From Spirochaetia bacterium (GTDB lineage: Bacteria; Spirochaetota; Spirochaetia; SZUA-6; Bin103): 64,000 bases of DNA. Shown here in pieces: positions 20,194-29,398 of the stretch; position 1 is the first letter of the stretch; the number at the start of each line of letters is the position of its first letter. The notes beneath the pieces were generated by a model that did no database searches, was not told the DNA's origin, and saw only the letters and a program-made list of their open reading frames with translations. The stretch is taken from positions 3,456,001-3,520,000 of the forward strand of contig CBDBDQ010000005.1 in the NCBI GenBank assembly GCA_965203905.1. Direction: 5' to 3'. Position numbers and translations under genes: made by a program.

Positions 20194-21144
20194 TCAACCT
20201 CCTGTTGCCGACCCAACCCTACGCTTGTTCTTCGCCGTGCCAAAGCGCCCAATACCACCCCGCAGCCGTGGATCGAGCAGGTCGCGCATCGCGTCGCCGA
20301 ACATGTTGACCGCGTACACCACCGCGGCGATGCACAGACCGGGCCAGAACGCCAGCCCAGGAGCCTGCAGCATGTACTTGCGTCCCTCCAGGCTGAGCAT
20401 ACCGCCCCAACTCGGCGTGGGAGGTGGGATCCCGAAGCCGAGAAAGCTCACGGTTGCCTCGCCGATGATGTTCCCGCCGAGAGAGACGGTAAAGAGAACG
20501 ATTATCGGCGCCACGATCTGCGGCGCGATGTGCTGCCAGACTATTCTCCCGGCGCGCGACCCGATGGCCCGCGCCGCCTCGACGTACGCGTTCTCCTTGA
20601 CGCTCAACACGACGCTCCTGACGGTGCGTATGTTGACGATCCCCCACGGGACACCCAGGACGATGATTACCTGAAGAATACCCGGCCCCAGGATCGACAT
20701 GATGGTCAGCACCAGGAACAGCCACGGGAAGCTCTGCACAGCGTCGACGAACCGCTGCATGATCAGATCGAACCGGCCGCCCAGGTAGCCCGAGATCAGG
20801 CCGAGAATGGTCGCAACGACAACCGAGAGCGCGCTGGCAGCAACCCCGACGATCATCGAGATCCGAGCGCCGAAGATGATGCGGCTCAGTTGATCGCGCC
20901 CGAATTGGTCGGTCCCGAGCGGGAACTCGACGGATGGTCCCTGCAAACGCCGGCTGATGTCATGGTCGAGCATTCCGTGCGGTGCGAGGTAGTCGGCGAA
21001 GATGCCTACCAACAGAAACGTCAAGAGGACGAGCAGGCTCGCGGCACCCAACTTGCGCTCCCGGAACAGCCGCCTGAAGAAATCCCGTACCGATCCCCGC
21101 GTGATCGTTGTGGCCGTGCTCGGTGGTTGTTCCGTAGTCGACAT
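20194..21144 (-). CDS. OppC/DppC-type ABC permease
   Basis: LGTDQFGRDQLSRIIFGARIS, YVEAARAIG, GDAMRDLLDPR. Confidence 0.93.
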   Translation of the reverse strand: MSTTEQPPSTATTITRGSVRDFFRRLFRERKLGAASLLVLLTFLLVGIFADYLAPHGMLDHDISRRLQGPSVEFPLGTDQFGRDQLSRIIFGARISMIVGVAASALSVVVATILGLISGYLGGRFDLIMQRFVDAVQSFPWLFLVLTIMSILGPGILQVIIVLGVPWGIVNIRTVRSVVLSVKENAYVEAARAIGSRAGRIVWQHIAPQIVAPIIVLFTVSLGGNIIGEATVSFLGFGIPPPTPSWGGMLSLEGRKYMLQAPGLAFWPGLCIAAVVYAVNMFGDAMRDLLDPRLRGGIGRFGTAKNKRRVGSATGG

Positions 21145-21167
21145 GCTCGCTTCCGTGCACGCGTGCT

Positions 21168-22127
21168 TTAGCGGTACCTGATGCGGGGGTCGAGCCAAGC
21201 GTAGCTGATATCTATTATCACGTTGACCAGCAACACAAAGCCTGCCATGAACAGATTGATTCCGGAGACAATCGGGTAGTCTCGTTTCTCGAGCGCCCTC
21301 ACCAGGTAGGAACCGAGCCCCGGGAGACCGAAGATTTCCTCCACAACCACCGCCCCACCGATCAATACCGGGAGCTGCAGTCCGAGCATCGTTATCAACG
21401 GTATGAGCGTGTTCTTGAGGACGTGCCGTATGATGACCACCTTCTCCGAGAGACCCTTCGCCCAGGACGTCCGGATGTAGTCCTGCCGCAGTACCTCAAG
21501 CATCATGGTGCGGGTGAATCTCATGGTGATACCCGAAAGCCACAGACCTTGCAGGATCGCCGGCACGATGACGATGTGGAGATTGGCGACCGGGTCGGCG
21601 AAGAACCGCACGTAGAACATGGGGGGCGACCACTTCCACCAGATTGCCGGATAGATCATGACCATGGTCCCCAGCCAGAAACTGGGAACGGCGATAGCCA
21701 GTATCGCGAAGCTGCGCAGTACGTAGTCGCCCCCTGTTTCCGGCCGCATCCCGGAGTAGATCCCGACCGGGACGGCGATCATCAACGAAATCAGTATGGC
21801 CAGGGAGCCAACCTCCAGGGACACGGGGAGTCTGGTGAGTATGCCCTCGGTTACCGACGTGGAGGTCCACAGAGACACCCCCAGGTCACCCTTTGCGATG
21901 CCCACCAGCCACCGGCCAAACTGGACGTGAAGTGGCACGTCCAGCCCCAGGTTCTGCCGGATTGCCTCCCGAGGGTCGCCCGCTCCGGTGCCGTACTGGT
22001 AGATCATCGTGGCCATGTAGTCGACCACGTCGCCCGGGATGAGGCGAATGCCGAGGAAGACTATCGTGCTCACGATGAGGATGGTGGGAATGATCAGCAG
22101 CAGTCTTCTGATGATATAGGAACGCAC
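21168..22127 (-). CDS. OppB/DppB-type ABC permease
   Basis: YIIRRLL, QDYIRTSWAKGL, RDYPIV, LDPRIRY. Confidence 0.93.
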   Translation of the reverse strand: MRSYIIRRLLLIIPTILIVSTIVFLGIRLIPGDVVDYMATMIYQYGTGAGDPREAIRQNLGLDVPLHVQFGRWLVGIAKGDLGVSLWTSTSVTEGILTRLPVSLEVGSLAILISLMIAVPVGIYSGMRPETGGDYVLRSFAILAIAVPSFWLGTMVMIYPAIWWKWSPPMFYVRFFADPVANLHIVIVPAILQGLWLSGITMRFTRTMMLEVLRQDYIRTSWAKGLSEKVVIIRHVLKNTLIPLITMLGLQLPVLIGGAVVVEEIFGLPGLGSYLVRALEKRDYPIVSGINLFMAGFVLLVNVIIDISYAWLDPRIRYR

Positions 22128-22278
22128 TGGGCCCTACCGCTGCTCTCCGCGTGCCGCAACGCCCCTCGCTGCGCTCACACGGGAGGAGACGCCATGGATG
22201 AAGCCCAGGGGCAGGTCCGCGTTTCGCCAGCGCGAACCCCACCCCTGTGCGCCATAAAGACCTACGCTCGCCGCCTTA

Positions 22279-24084
22279 TCAACGGCTTCCGGTAATCCGC
22301 TCCCTCAGGTCCTGGTCGACCCAGACGTGCTTGGCGACGTCGTGCCAGCCCTGAATACCGGCGCCGATCAGCTCGCCGCTGTAACCCTTTACCCACGGCT
22401 GCCACAACTGCAAGTTAGTCTCGGGAACGCCGGCGATCACAACGGCATTCTCTATGATGTAGACCGCGGTCTCCTGGAACTGCCTTATCAACTCGTCCTG
22501 GTCCAGGGTTTGCGTGATCTTGCGGTAGGCATCGGTGACGCGTTCGTCGGTACCGCGGGAGTAGTTGGACGGATTGCCAGGGTCGTAGTACTGCTGCATC
22601 ACCGAGTAGGGATCCGCCCAGTTACCCCAGCTCGTGGCGATCATCGACTGATGCTCGCCCGCCGCGATACTCGACGAAAAGACCGTGGACTCCACCACGT
22701 TGAACTCGGCGTTGATTCCCACGTCGTCCCAGTAGCCGGCGTAGAGCTCGGCCCATTCCGCATCTGTCGGCTGAGTGAGCAATTCGAAGGTGAACCCGTC
22801 GGGATAGCCGGCTTGAGCAAGAAGCTCCCGGGCCTTGTCGGGATGGAATTCGAACAGCTCCCGGGCGCTGGCCCCTGAGCCGGGTATTTGCGGACTGGTG
22901 GGCAGCTCTTCAAACGGAACGTACAACGGAGCGTGGTGCGGGAAGTTGGGCCAGCCGAAGAGCAGAGCATTGCCCTGGTAGAACTCGTCGCGTATCTGAG
23001 CGTGCGGAATGGCGAGGTGAGCAGCCTGGCGAACGAGGAGGTTCTGCCAGGGGCTGCCTTCGATGTCCAGGCGCACGTTGAACACCCTTTGATTGATGAT
23101 GGCCGGACCCGACAGGATCTCGGGATTGGTCTCCTCAAGGCTCTCCTGCCACCTGGTGGCGATTCCCAGACCCGCCGTTCGGTCGAGCCTGCCGGCGCGT
23201 AGCGCCGCTATGACCCCTGCCTCATCCTCAAACGACACGATTCTCATCCCGTCCAGGTAGGGAAGCTGGTTCTCAGGATGAATGTGATCCGTTTGCCAGT
23301 AGTTCTCGTTCTTCTTGAAGGTTACGACACTGCCGGGGGTCATTTCCGTCGGTATGAACGCTCCCGTGCCGAGCGTGTTCCGCCAATCGGCCATGTTGAG
23401 ACCCTCGGTTTCCCGCGGCACCACGGCGGCGAACTGGGCGAAGAAGAACTGAGCCTGGGTCGCGTCCGGTTCGTCCAGAGTTATCTCCACGGTCATGTCA
23501 TCGACGGCCGTCCAGTGGTAGCCGAGGGTTTTGATGAAGTACTGGCCCCAGGAGAATACGAGGTCGTGGGCATCGACGTGGCGACCGTAGGCCGACTCCA
23601 GCGCATTGTTGGGCCGCGCCACGTCACTCCGCTCCCAGAACGGGACTCCGGGGCGAACGTGAAGAATGATGCGGGTCAGACTGGGTTGTTCCCAGCTCTC
23701 GACGAGCGCCCCCGTTTTCTTGTCGGGGGTGGGCGCCAGGAACACTCCATAGTCTCCGGTGCCGGAAGCTCCGCGCGCCCAGTCGACCTGGAGGAGTCGC
23801 TCATTGGTAACCTGGAGGGCCCAGGTCGTATGGGACGGGTCACCCGTTACCCAGGAGGACTCTGCCGGAAGCGCCAACTCGATGCTCTCGGTGTACATTC
23901 CACCGTATCGAGGCTTCTCTACTTCCTTGGTCATCATGGTTCCATCCGCGCGCATAAGCTCCACGGTCACCATTTCAGCCTCGGCGGCTGCGGATTCGGT
24001 TTCTCCCGTGGCCCAGAGGCCGGTCGCAGTCAGGACAAGGACCAACGCAACCGCGAAGGTCCTGGTAATGTGTACAATATTCAT
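22279..24084 (-). CDS. Family-5 (peptide/nickel) ABC substrate-binding protein
   Basis: Signal MNIVHITRTFAVALVLVLTATGLWA; PRYGG, GTGAF, LPYLDG. Confidence 0.9.
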   Translation of the reverse strand: MNIVHITRTFAVALVLVLTATGLWATGETESAAAEAEMVTVELMRADGTMMTKEVEKPRYGGMYTESIELALPAESSWVTGDPSHTTWALQVTNERLLQVDWARGASGTGDYGVFLAPTPDKKTGALVESWEQPSLTRIILHVRPGVPFWERSDVARPNNALESAYGRHVDAHDLVFSWGQYFIKTLGYHWTAVDDMTVEITLDEPDATQAQFFFAQFAAVVPRETEGLNMADWRNTLGTGAFIPTEMTPGSVVTFKKNENYWQTDHIHPENQLPYLDGMRIVSFEDEAGVIAALRAGRLDRTAGLGIATRWQESLEETNPEILSGPAIINQRVFNVRLDIEGSPWQNLLVRQAAHLAIPHAQIRDEFYQGNALLFGWPNFPHHAPLYVPFEELPTSPQIPGSGASARELFEFHPDKARELLAQAGYPDGFTFELLTQPTDAEWAELYAGYWDDVGINAEFNVVESTVFSSSIAAGEHQSMIATSWGNWADPYSVMQQYYDPGNPSNYSRGTDERVTDAYRKITQTLDQDELIRQFQETAVYIIENAVVIAGVPETNLQLWQPWVKGYSGELIGAGIQGWHDVAKHVWVDQDLRERITGSR

Positions 24085-24255
24085 ACGTAACTCCCGTATG
24101 TTGATTCTTGAGAGTATTGCGGAGCGAATTGCCGCTCCCTGGCTACCCTCGCGCCCGCAACGCAGGAGGCCGGACCGAGTCAAATCCGTGAAGCGCGCGG
24201 CGTGTGACTCAGCGGGTTCACGTCGCGCGCGCGTGCGGTTCCTTGAGTATCATCT
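24085..24255 (-). promoter_or_regulatory. Conserved structured 5' leader, copy A (candidate cis-regulatory RNA)
   Basis: Blocks shared with 54752-54935; GC-rich stem at 24193-24230. Confidence 0.55.
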
Positions 24256-24450
24256 CGCACGTCCTCGTGCGCCGGCTGTTGTCGTGGCGCCTCATCGGCA
24301 TCCTTCCATCCCCGAACAGTGCAGGCCCTATCGTCACAGGCTCGCCTGACCATGTCAAGCGCGCGGACTCCGGCCGTTCCGGCCGGTTGCCCAGGGCGGT
24401 GCGCAGTAACCGGCTTGGGCAGCTCGTCCCGGGGCGCGCGGCCGAGGGCG

Positions 24451-25467
24451 CTACCGGGTCGGATCGTCACTCACCTGCACGAGCAGCTTGCCGAAGTTGG
24501 TGCCCTCCAGCATGCCGAGGAAGGCGGCCGGTGCGGTCTCCAGTCCGACGACCACCTGTTCCTTGTACTTGAGCGCGCCGCTGCGTACCCAGGTCGCCAG
24601 CAGCGCCAGCGCTTCCTCGTGGCGGTCGGCGAACTCGCCCTGGTTGAAGCCGCGCATGGTGGCCCGCCGGGAATGGATCAAGCGGCTCAGGTGAGGGCCG
24701 GTCCACTCGCTGCCTGGAGCGTCGTTGTATTCGGCGATGGCGCCACACAGGGACAGGCGGGCGCCCACGGCGAGGTGGGTAGCGACCGCGTCCATGACCC
24801 TGCCGCCGACGTTGTCGAAGTAGACGTCGATGCCGTCGGGACAGGCAGCGGCGAGTGCGGCCGGCAGGTCGTCCGTCTTGTAGTTGACGCACGCGTCGAA
24901 CTGCAGCTCGTCCACCACGTAGGCGCACTTCTCGGCCGTGCCGGCAATCCCGACGACGCGGCAGCCCTTCATCTTGGCGAGTTGGCCGACCACGGCGCCC
25001 ACCGCACCCGAGGCGGCGGATACCACCACGGTTTCCCCCGCGACCGGCTTGCCGACGTCCAGCAGACCGAAGTAGGCGGTGACGCCGGGCATGCCGACGA
25101 CGCCCAGGGCGGTGGTAATCGGCACCGGGCCCGGATCCAGCACCCGGAGCTGCGAACCGGAGACCGCGCCGTAACTCTGCCAACCGTAGCCGCCCACGTA
25201 TTGGCACACGATCTGCCCCGGCGCGAACCCGGCGGCGCGTGCGACCACCACCTCCCCGACCACCCCGCCGACCATGACCTCGCCGACCGCCCGGGGCGCG
25301 CTCATGCGGCCACGCATGTAGGGATCGAGCGAGACGTAGACGGTGCGCACCAGGACTTCGCCCGCCTGCGGTTGCGGTACCGGTCCCTCGACCAGCTCCA
25401 GGTCGTCGAGGCGCGGTCTGCCCGCCACCAGCCGGCGCAGCACCACCTGTTTGTTCGTTGCCTCCAT
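24451..25467 (-). CDS. NADP-dependent MDR oxidoreductase (prostaglandin reductase/CurA-like)
   Basis: SLDPYMRGRM, GMPGVTAYFGL, SAASGAVG, YFDNVGG, NFGKLLV; AAGGAGG RBS. Confidence 0.92.
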   Translation of the reverse strand: MEATNKQVVLRRLVAGRPRLDDLELVEGPVPQPQAGEVLVRTVYVSLDPYMRGRMSAPRAVGEVMVGGVVGEVVVARAAGFAPGQIVCQYVGGYGWQSYGAVSGSQLRVLDPGPVPITTALGVVGMPGVTAYFGLLDVGKPVAGETVVVSAASGAVGAVVGQLAKMKGCRVVGIAGTAEKCAYVVDELQFDACVNYKTDDLPAALAAACPDGIDVYFDNVGGRVMDAVATHLAVGARLSLCGAIAEYNDAPGSEWTGPHLSRLIHSRRATMRGFNQGEFADRHEEALALLATWVRSGALKYKEQVVVGLETAPAAFLGMLEGTNFGKLLVQVSDDPTR

Positions 25468-25487
25468 GGTTTCCTCCTTCTTTAACC

Positions 25488-25921
25488 TTAACGCGCGGAG
25501 TGACCGCCATCGACGGTGTAAATGGTGTAAATGCCGCCGGTGCAGTGGGCGCTGTCGTCGCTGGCCAGGAACAGCATCATCTTCGCCACGTCCGCGGCCT
25601 GGCCGTAGTGCCCCAGCGGGATCCCCGCGACCGCCCGTTCTTTCCACTTCTCACCCTCGCCGGGCACGTACTGGTCCTCGATCGAACGCATCATCCGGGT
25701 CTCGATCGGGCCGGGGTTCACCGTGTTCACGCGGATGCCATGCTTGCCTCCCTCCAAGGCCGCACATCGCATCAGGCCGATCACCGCATGCTTGCTGGTG
25801 TGATAGGGAGCCATGCCGGCCAGACCCTTCAGTCCCGCCAGAGAGGAGGTGATGACGATGCTGCCGCCGCGTTCCTGCATCACTGCCATCACGTACTTGA
25901 GGCCCAACCACACGCCACGGA
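25488..25921 (-). pseudogene. SDR oxidoreductase, C-terminal half only
   Basis: YHTSKHA, IRVNTVNPGPIET, VDGG; 5' half replaced by AAA fragment; 9-bp duplication ggtgtaaat x2 giving YTIYT. Confidence 0.8.
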
Positions 25922-26265
25922 CAAGCTGTTCGAACGCCGCGTCTCGTCAGTGTCACTCGACGGAATGCTGGGTACCGAGGATCTGCTGTCGGCGTTCGAC
26001 GTGAACAAATTCGGCACCGAGGCGCTGCTGTTCCAGACCGGCTACCTGACCATCACGGAAGAACAGGAACTGGGCGGCAAGGCACTGTACCGGCTTGGTT
26101 GTCCCAACCGGGAGGTGCGGCAGAGCCTGAATGAGCATCTGCTGCGCCACCTGGTCCAGGATTCAGACCGGCAGACCGCCAACAGCATCCGCCTGGCCCG
26201 GCTGCTGGAGGCGCACGACTGCGCCGGCATGAAGGAGTTGTTCCACTACCAATGGTACACCAACA
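25918..26265 (+). pseudogene. Internal fragment of the AAA-ATPase/PD-(D/E)XK gene
   Basis: DKLFERRVSSVSLDGMLGTED...TANSIRLARLLEA...YQWYT nearly identical to 14201-14565. Confidence 0.9.
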
Positions 26266-26552
26266 ACACGCGGAATCCGCGTCACCGGAACCATCGGCAC
26301 CTCCAGGCGCTCTGCGCTGATCGCACCGTTTCCGCCGAGGAAGCTGACGGCATCGAGCGTCTGAGACGGAACCCAATGCGTGTCTTCGGATTCCACCGCC
26401 GCAGCGGTCTGCTGAGGATGGAGCATCGGCGGCTTGGCGGCGACGCGGTGGAGGAGAGCATCGCCCAGCCGCTGCCTTCTGGGTGGCCACCATGGTGATC
26501 GCGTTCGGCCACTCAGCGACCGTTGTACAGCCGTACAGGAGTGGGGGATTGT

Positions 26553-27167
26553 GTGGGCGTGATCAGGGTCGTGTTGACGGATTTCGATGGGGTGATTCGG
26601 CAGTGGCCGGCTCCTTTCGCACAATCGATCGAGGAACGGTACGGCCTGGAGCGGGGCAGCCTGGCTCGAACGGCGTTCGATGAATCGATCGTGGGCGACG
26701 CGATCACCGGGCGGGTAACGGACTCCGAGTGGCGTGAGCGGGTCGCACGGCGGCTCGGATCGCACACCGATCCGGCCACTGCCGCCGCGGCGGTGGCGGC
26801 ATGGTCGGCCAGCCCCGGGGTCGTGGATGCTGCCGCTCTGGATGTTCTCCAGTCAGTGCGCTCGGGGGCTGCCCTCGGTCTGGTCACGAATGCCACCACC
26901 AGGCTTGCCCGCGACCTGTCCCGGCTCGCTCTGGACAGTGCATTCGACTTCGTCGTCAGCTCCGCGGCGATCGGCTGCGCCAAGCCGTCGGGATGCTTCT
27001 ACGAGCATGCCGCGCGACGCTGCCGATGTCCCCGCGCGGAGGTGGTGTTCGTGGACGATCGTCCGGAGAACGTGGCTGCCGCGATCGACTTCGGATTCCG
27101 TGGACATCACTACCGCGATCCACGGACGCTGAAACGAGTGCTGCGTGAATGCGGCATGATTCGGTAG
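26553..27167 (+). CDS. HAD-family hydrolase, copy 3
   Basis: DFDGV, TNAT, KP, FVDDRPENV. Confidence 0.85.
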   Translation: MGVIRVVLTDFDGVIRQWPAPFAQSIEERYGLERGSLARTAFDESIVGDAITGRVTDSEWRERVARRLGSHTDPATAAAAVAAWSASPGVVDAAALDVLQSVRSGAALGLVTNATTRLARDLSRLALDSAFDFVVSSAAIGCAKPSGCFYEHAARRCRCPRAEVVFVDDRPENVAAAIDFGFRGHHYRDPRTLKRVLRECGMIR

Positions 27168-27242
27168 AGTCGGGGTTGTCAGGTGGGCGCCTGGTGGACT
27201 ATTACGGACTCGACAGCAGCGCCATGCTGGTCGGAGGGTGCC

Positions 27243-28469
27243 ATGACGGAGACGTTTTCGGTGCCGGACTACGATGCCTATCCCGTGGTGCGGGCGCTCG
27301 GTGGCGCGCGCATCGTGGATGGCGACGTGGAGGTCCGCTGGGATGACGGCAGCGCCAGCGCGCTGCCGGGGGTGTGGCTGCGCGAGTTCAGCCCGGACCT
27401 CGGCACCATTCACCCGGTGACCCGGGAGCAGGTGATCATGCTCGTGGACCTGCCGGAGGATCTGCGCGCCGCCGTTGCGCAGGTACTGCCGGACGGCCGG
27501 CTCGCGGTTACCTGGCAGCCGGAGGGCCTGGTGAGCCACTACCACCCCGGCTGGCTGTGGGCGCATCGCCCGGAGTCGCCGGATGCCGCGGCACTGCCGG
27601 AGCGCCGCCTATGGCAGACCGGACGCGCGCAGCAGACGCCGATCACGCGGGTGGAAGGCGCCGCCATCCGCGCCGGCGACGAGGCGGCGCTCGGCGCCTG
27701 GCTCACGGCGATCCACTTCGACGGACTGAGCATCGTCGAGCATCTCCCGGCCGACCCGGACATGGTGCCGGAGATTCCGTACCGCATCGGCTGCCTGCGC
27801 AACTCCAACTTCGGCGAGATCTGGGAGGTGGAGAGCCGCCCGGATGCGGACAGCAACGCCTTCACCAGCGTGGCCCTGGCGGCGCACAACGACCTCTGCA
27901 CCCGTGAGTACGTGCCCGGTTTGCAGTTCCTGTTCTGCCTGCACAACTCCTGCAGCGGCGGCGACAGCATATTCGTCGACGGCTACGCCGTGGCCGAGCA
28001 GCTCCGAGCCGCCTCTCCCGCCGACTTTGCCGTCCTGACCACGGTGGCGGTCCCGTTCGCCACCCGCAACCGGGACTCCGATCACCGCTGTTGCGCTCCG
28101 GTGCTGGAGCTCGACGCCGCCGGTGAAGTCGCAAACGTGCGCTACACCTGGTGGTTGCGCAACCCGATGCGGGGCGACAGCGCCACGATCAAGGCGTTCT
28201 ACGCCGCCTTCAAGCGATTTCAGCGCCTGGCGAACGACCCCGGCAACCAGCTCCGGCTGCGGCTGCAGGCGGGAGAAATGGCCTGCTTCGACAACCGCCG
28301 CCTGCTACATGGCCGCACCGCCTTCGATCCGTCGAGCGGCCGTCGCTGGTTGCGCGGCTGCTACGGCGAGCGGGAGGAGCTGGAGTCCCGGCTGCGGATG
28401 CTGGGGCGGGCCGAGCGGAGGCGCCAGGTGGAACGGGATTCGCGGCCGGCGACGCCGGCCGTCATCTGA
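27243..28469 (+). CDS. TauD/TfdA-family dioxygenase, gamma-butyrobetaine hydroxylase-like
   Basis: N-terminal VRWDDG...WLR domain, HND facial triad, PGLQFL, FDNRRLLHGR, LRGCY; carnitine gene context. Confidence 0.85.
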   Translation: MTETFSVPDYDAYPVVRALGGARIVDGDVEVRWDDGSASALPGVWLREFSPDLGTIHPVTREQVIMLVDLPEDLRAAVAQVLPDGRLAVTWQPEGLVSHYHPGWLWAHRPESPDAAALPERRLWQTGRAQQTPITRVEGAAIRAGDEAALGAWLTAIHFDGLSIVEHLPADPDMVPEIPYRIGCLRNSNFGEIWEVESRPDADSNAFTSVALAAHNDLCTREYVPGLQFLFCLHNSCSGGDSIFVDGYAVAEQLRAASPADFAVLTTVAVPFATRNRDSDHRCCAPVLELDAAGEVANVRYTWWLRNPMRGDSATIKAFYAAFKRFQRLANDPGNQLRLRLQAGEMACFDNRRLLHGRTAFDPSSGRRWLRGCYGEREELESRLRMLGRAERRRQVERDSRPATPAVI

Positions 28470-28489
28470 GCGCGGCGCGGAGTCGGCCG

Positions 28490-29398
28490 GTGGCCCTGGC
28501 GATCGCACGAGAAGTATTCATCACCGCTGCCGTGACCGGGGCCGGCGCCACCGAGGAGCGCAGCCCTCACGTGCCGCGCAGTCCGCGCCAGGTCGCCGCC
28601 AGCGCGCTCGAGGCGGCGCGGGCGGGAGCCGCCGTGGTGCACTGCCACGTGCGCGATCCCGAGACCGGAGCCCCCAGCCGCAAGCTGGAGTATTACCGCG
28701 AGGTGACCGACCGGATCCGCGCCGCGGAGGTGGACGTGGTGCTCAACCTCACCACCGGCATGGGAGGCGACATGGTGTTCGGCAGCCCCGAGCGGCCGCT
28801 GCCCCTGCATCCGCGCACCGACATGGCCGGCGCCGCCGAGCGCATGGCCCACATCGCGGAGTGCCTGCCGGAGATCTGCACCCTCGACTGCGGCAGCATG
28901 AACTACGCCGAGGCGGAGTACGTGATGACCAACACGCCGGGCATGCTGCGGGCGATGGCCGGGATGATGCGGGAGCTGGGGGTGAAGCCGGAGATCGAGG
29001 CCTTCGACAGCGGCCACCTGTGGTTCGCCAGACGGCTGGTGGAGGAGGGACTGGTGGAACCGCCGCCGCTGGTCCAGCTCTGCATGGGGATTCCCTGGGG
29101 CGCGCCGGACGATCTGAGCACGTTCCTGGCGCTGGTCAACAACGTGCCCGAGGACTGGGTGTTCTCCGCCTTCGCGATAGGGCGCAACGAAATGCCCTAC
29201 GTCGCCGCCGCCGTGCTGGCGGGTGGCAACGTGCGCGTCGGCCTGGAGGACAACCTGTACCTCGAACGGGGGGTACTGGCGACCAACGCCCAGCTCGTGG
29301 AGCGCGCCGTCGCCATCATCGAGAGCCTGGGGGCGCGGGTGATCGGCCCGCAGCGCGTGCGCGAGCGGCTGGAGCTTACCAGGCGGGTTCCGCGGTGA
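28490..29398 (+). CDS. BKACE family 3-dehydrocarnitine cleavage enzyme (CdhC-like)
   Basis: FITAAVTG, AGAAVVHCHVRDP, PEICTLDCGSMN, GGNVRVGLEDN. Confidence 0.9.
   Translation: MALAIAREVFITAAVTGAGATEERSPHVPRSPRQVAASALEAARAGAAVVHCHVRDPETGAPSRKLEYYREVTDRIRAAEVDVVLNLTTGMGGDMVFGSPERPLPLHPRTDMAGAAERMAHIAECLPEICTLDCGSMNYAEAEYVMTNTPGMLRAMAGMMRELGVKPEIEAFDSGHLWFARRLVEEGLVEPPPLVQLCMGIPWGAPDDLSTFLALVNNVPEDWVFSAFAIGRNEMPYVAAAVLAGGNVRVGLEDNLYLERGVLATNAQLVERAVAIIESLGARVIGPQRVRERLELTRRVPR

Noticed and set aside
14201-26265. Near-identical repeat pairs as DGR template/variable regions
   Set aside because: No reverse transcriptase in the window, differences are not adenine-specific, and copies carry deletions
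26270-26520. Unassigned sequence between the AAA fragment and HAD copy 3 (also 19670-20050 and 33930-34270)
   Set aside because: Probably further gene relics, but no motif I can support
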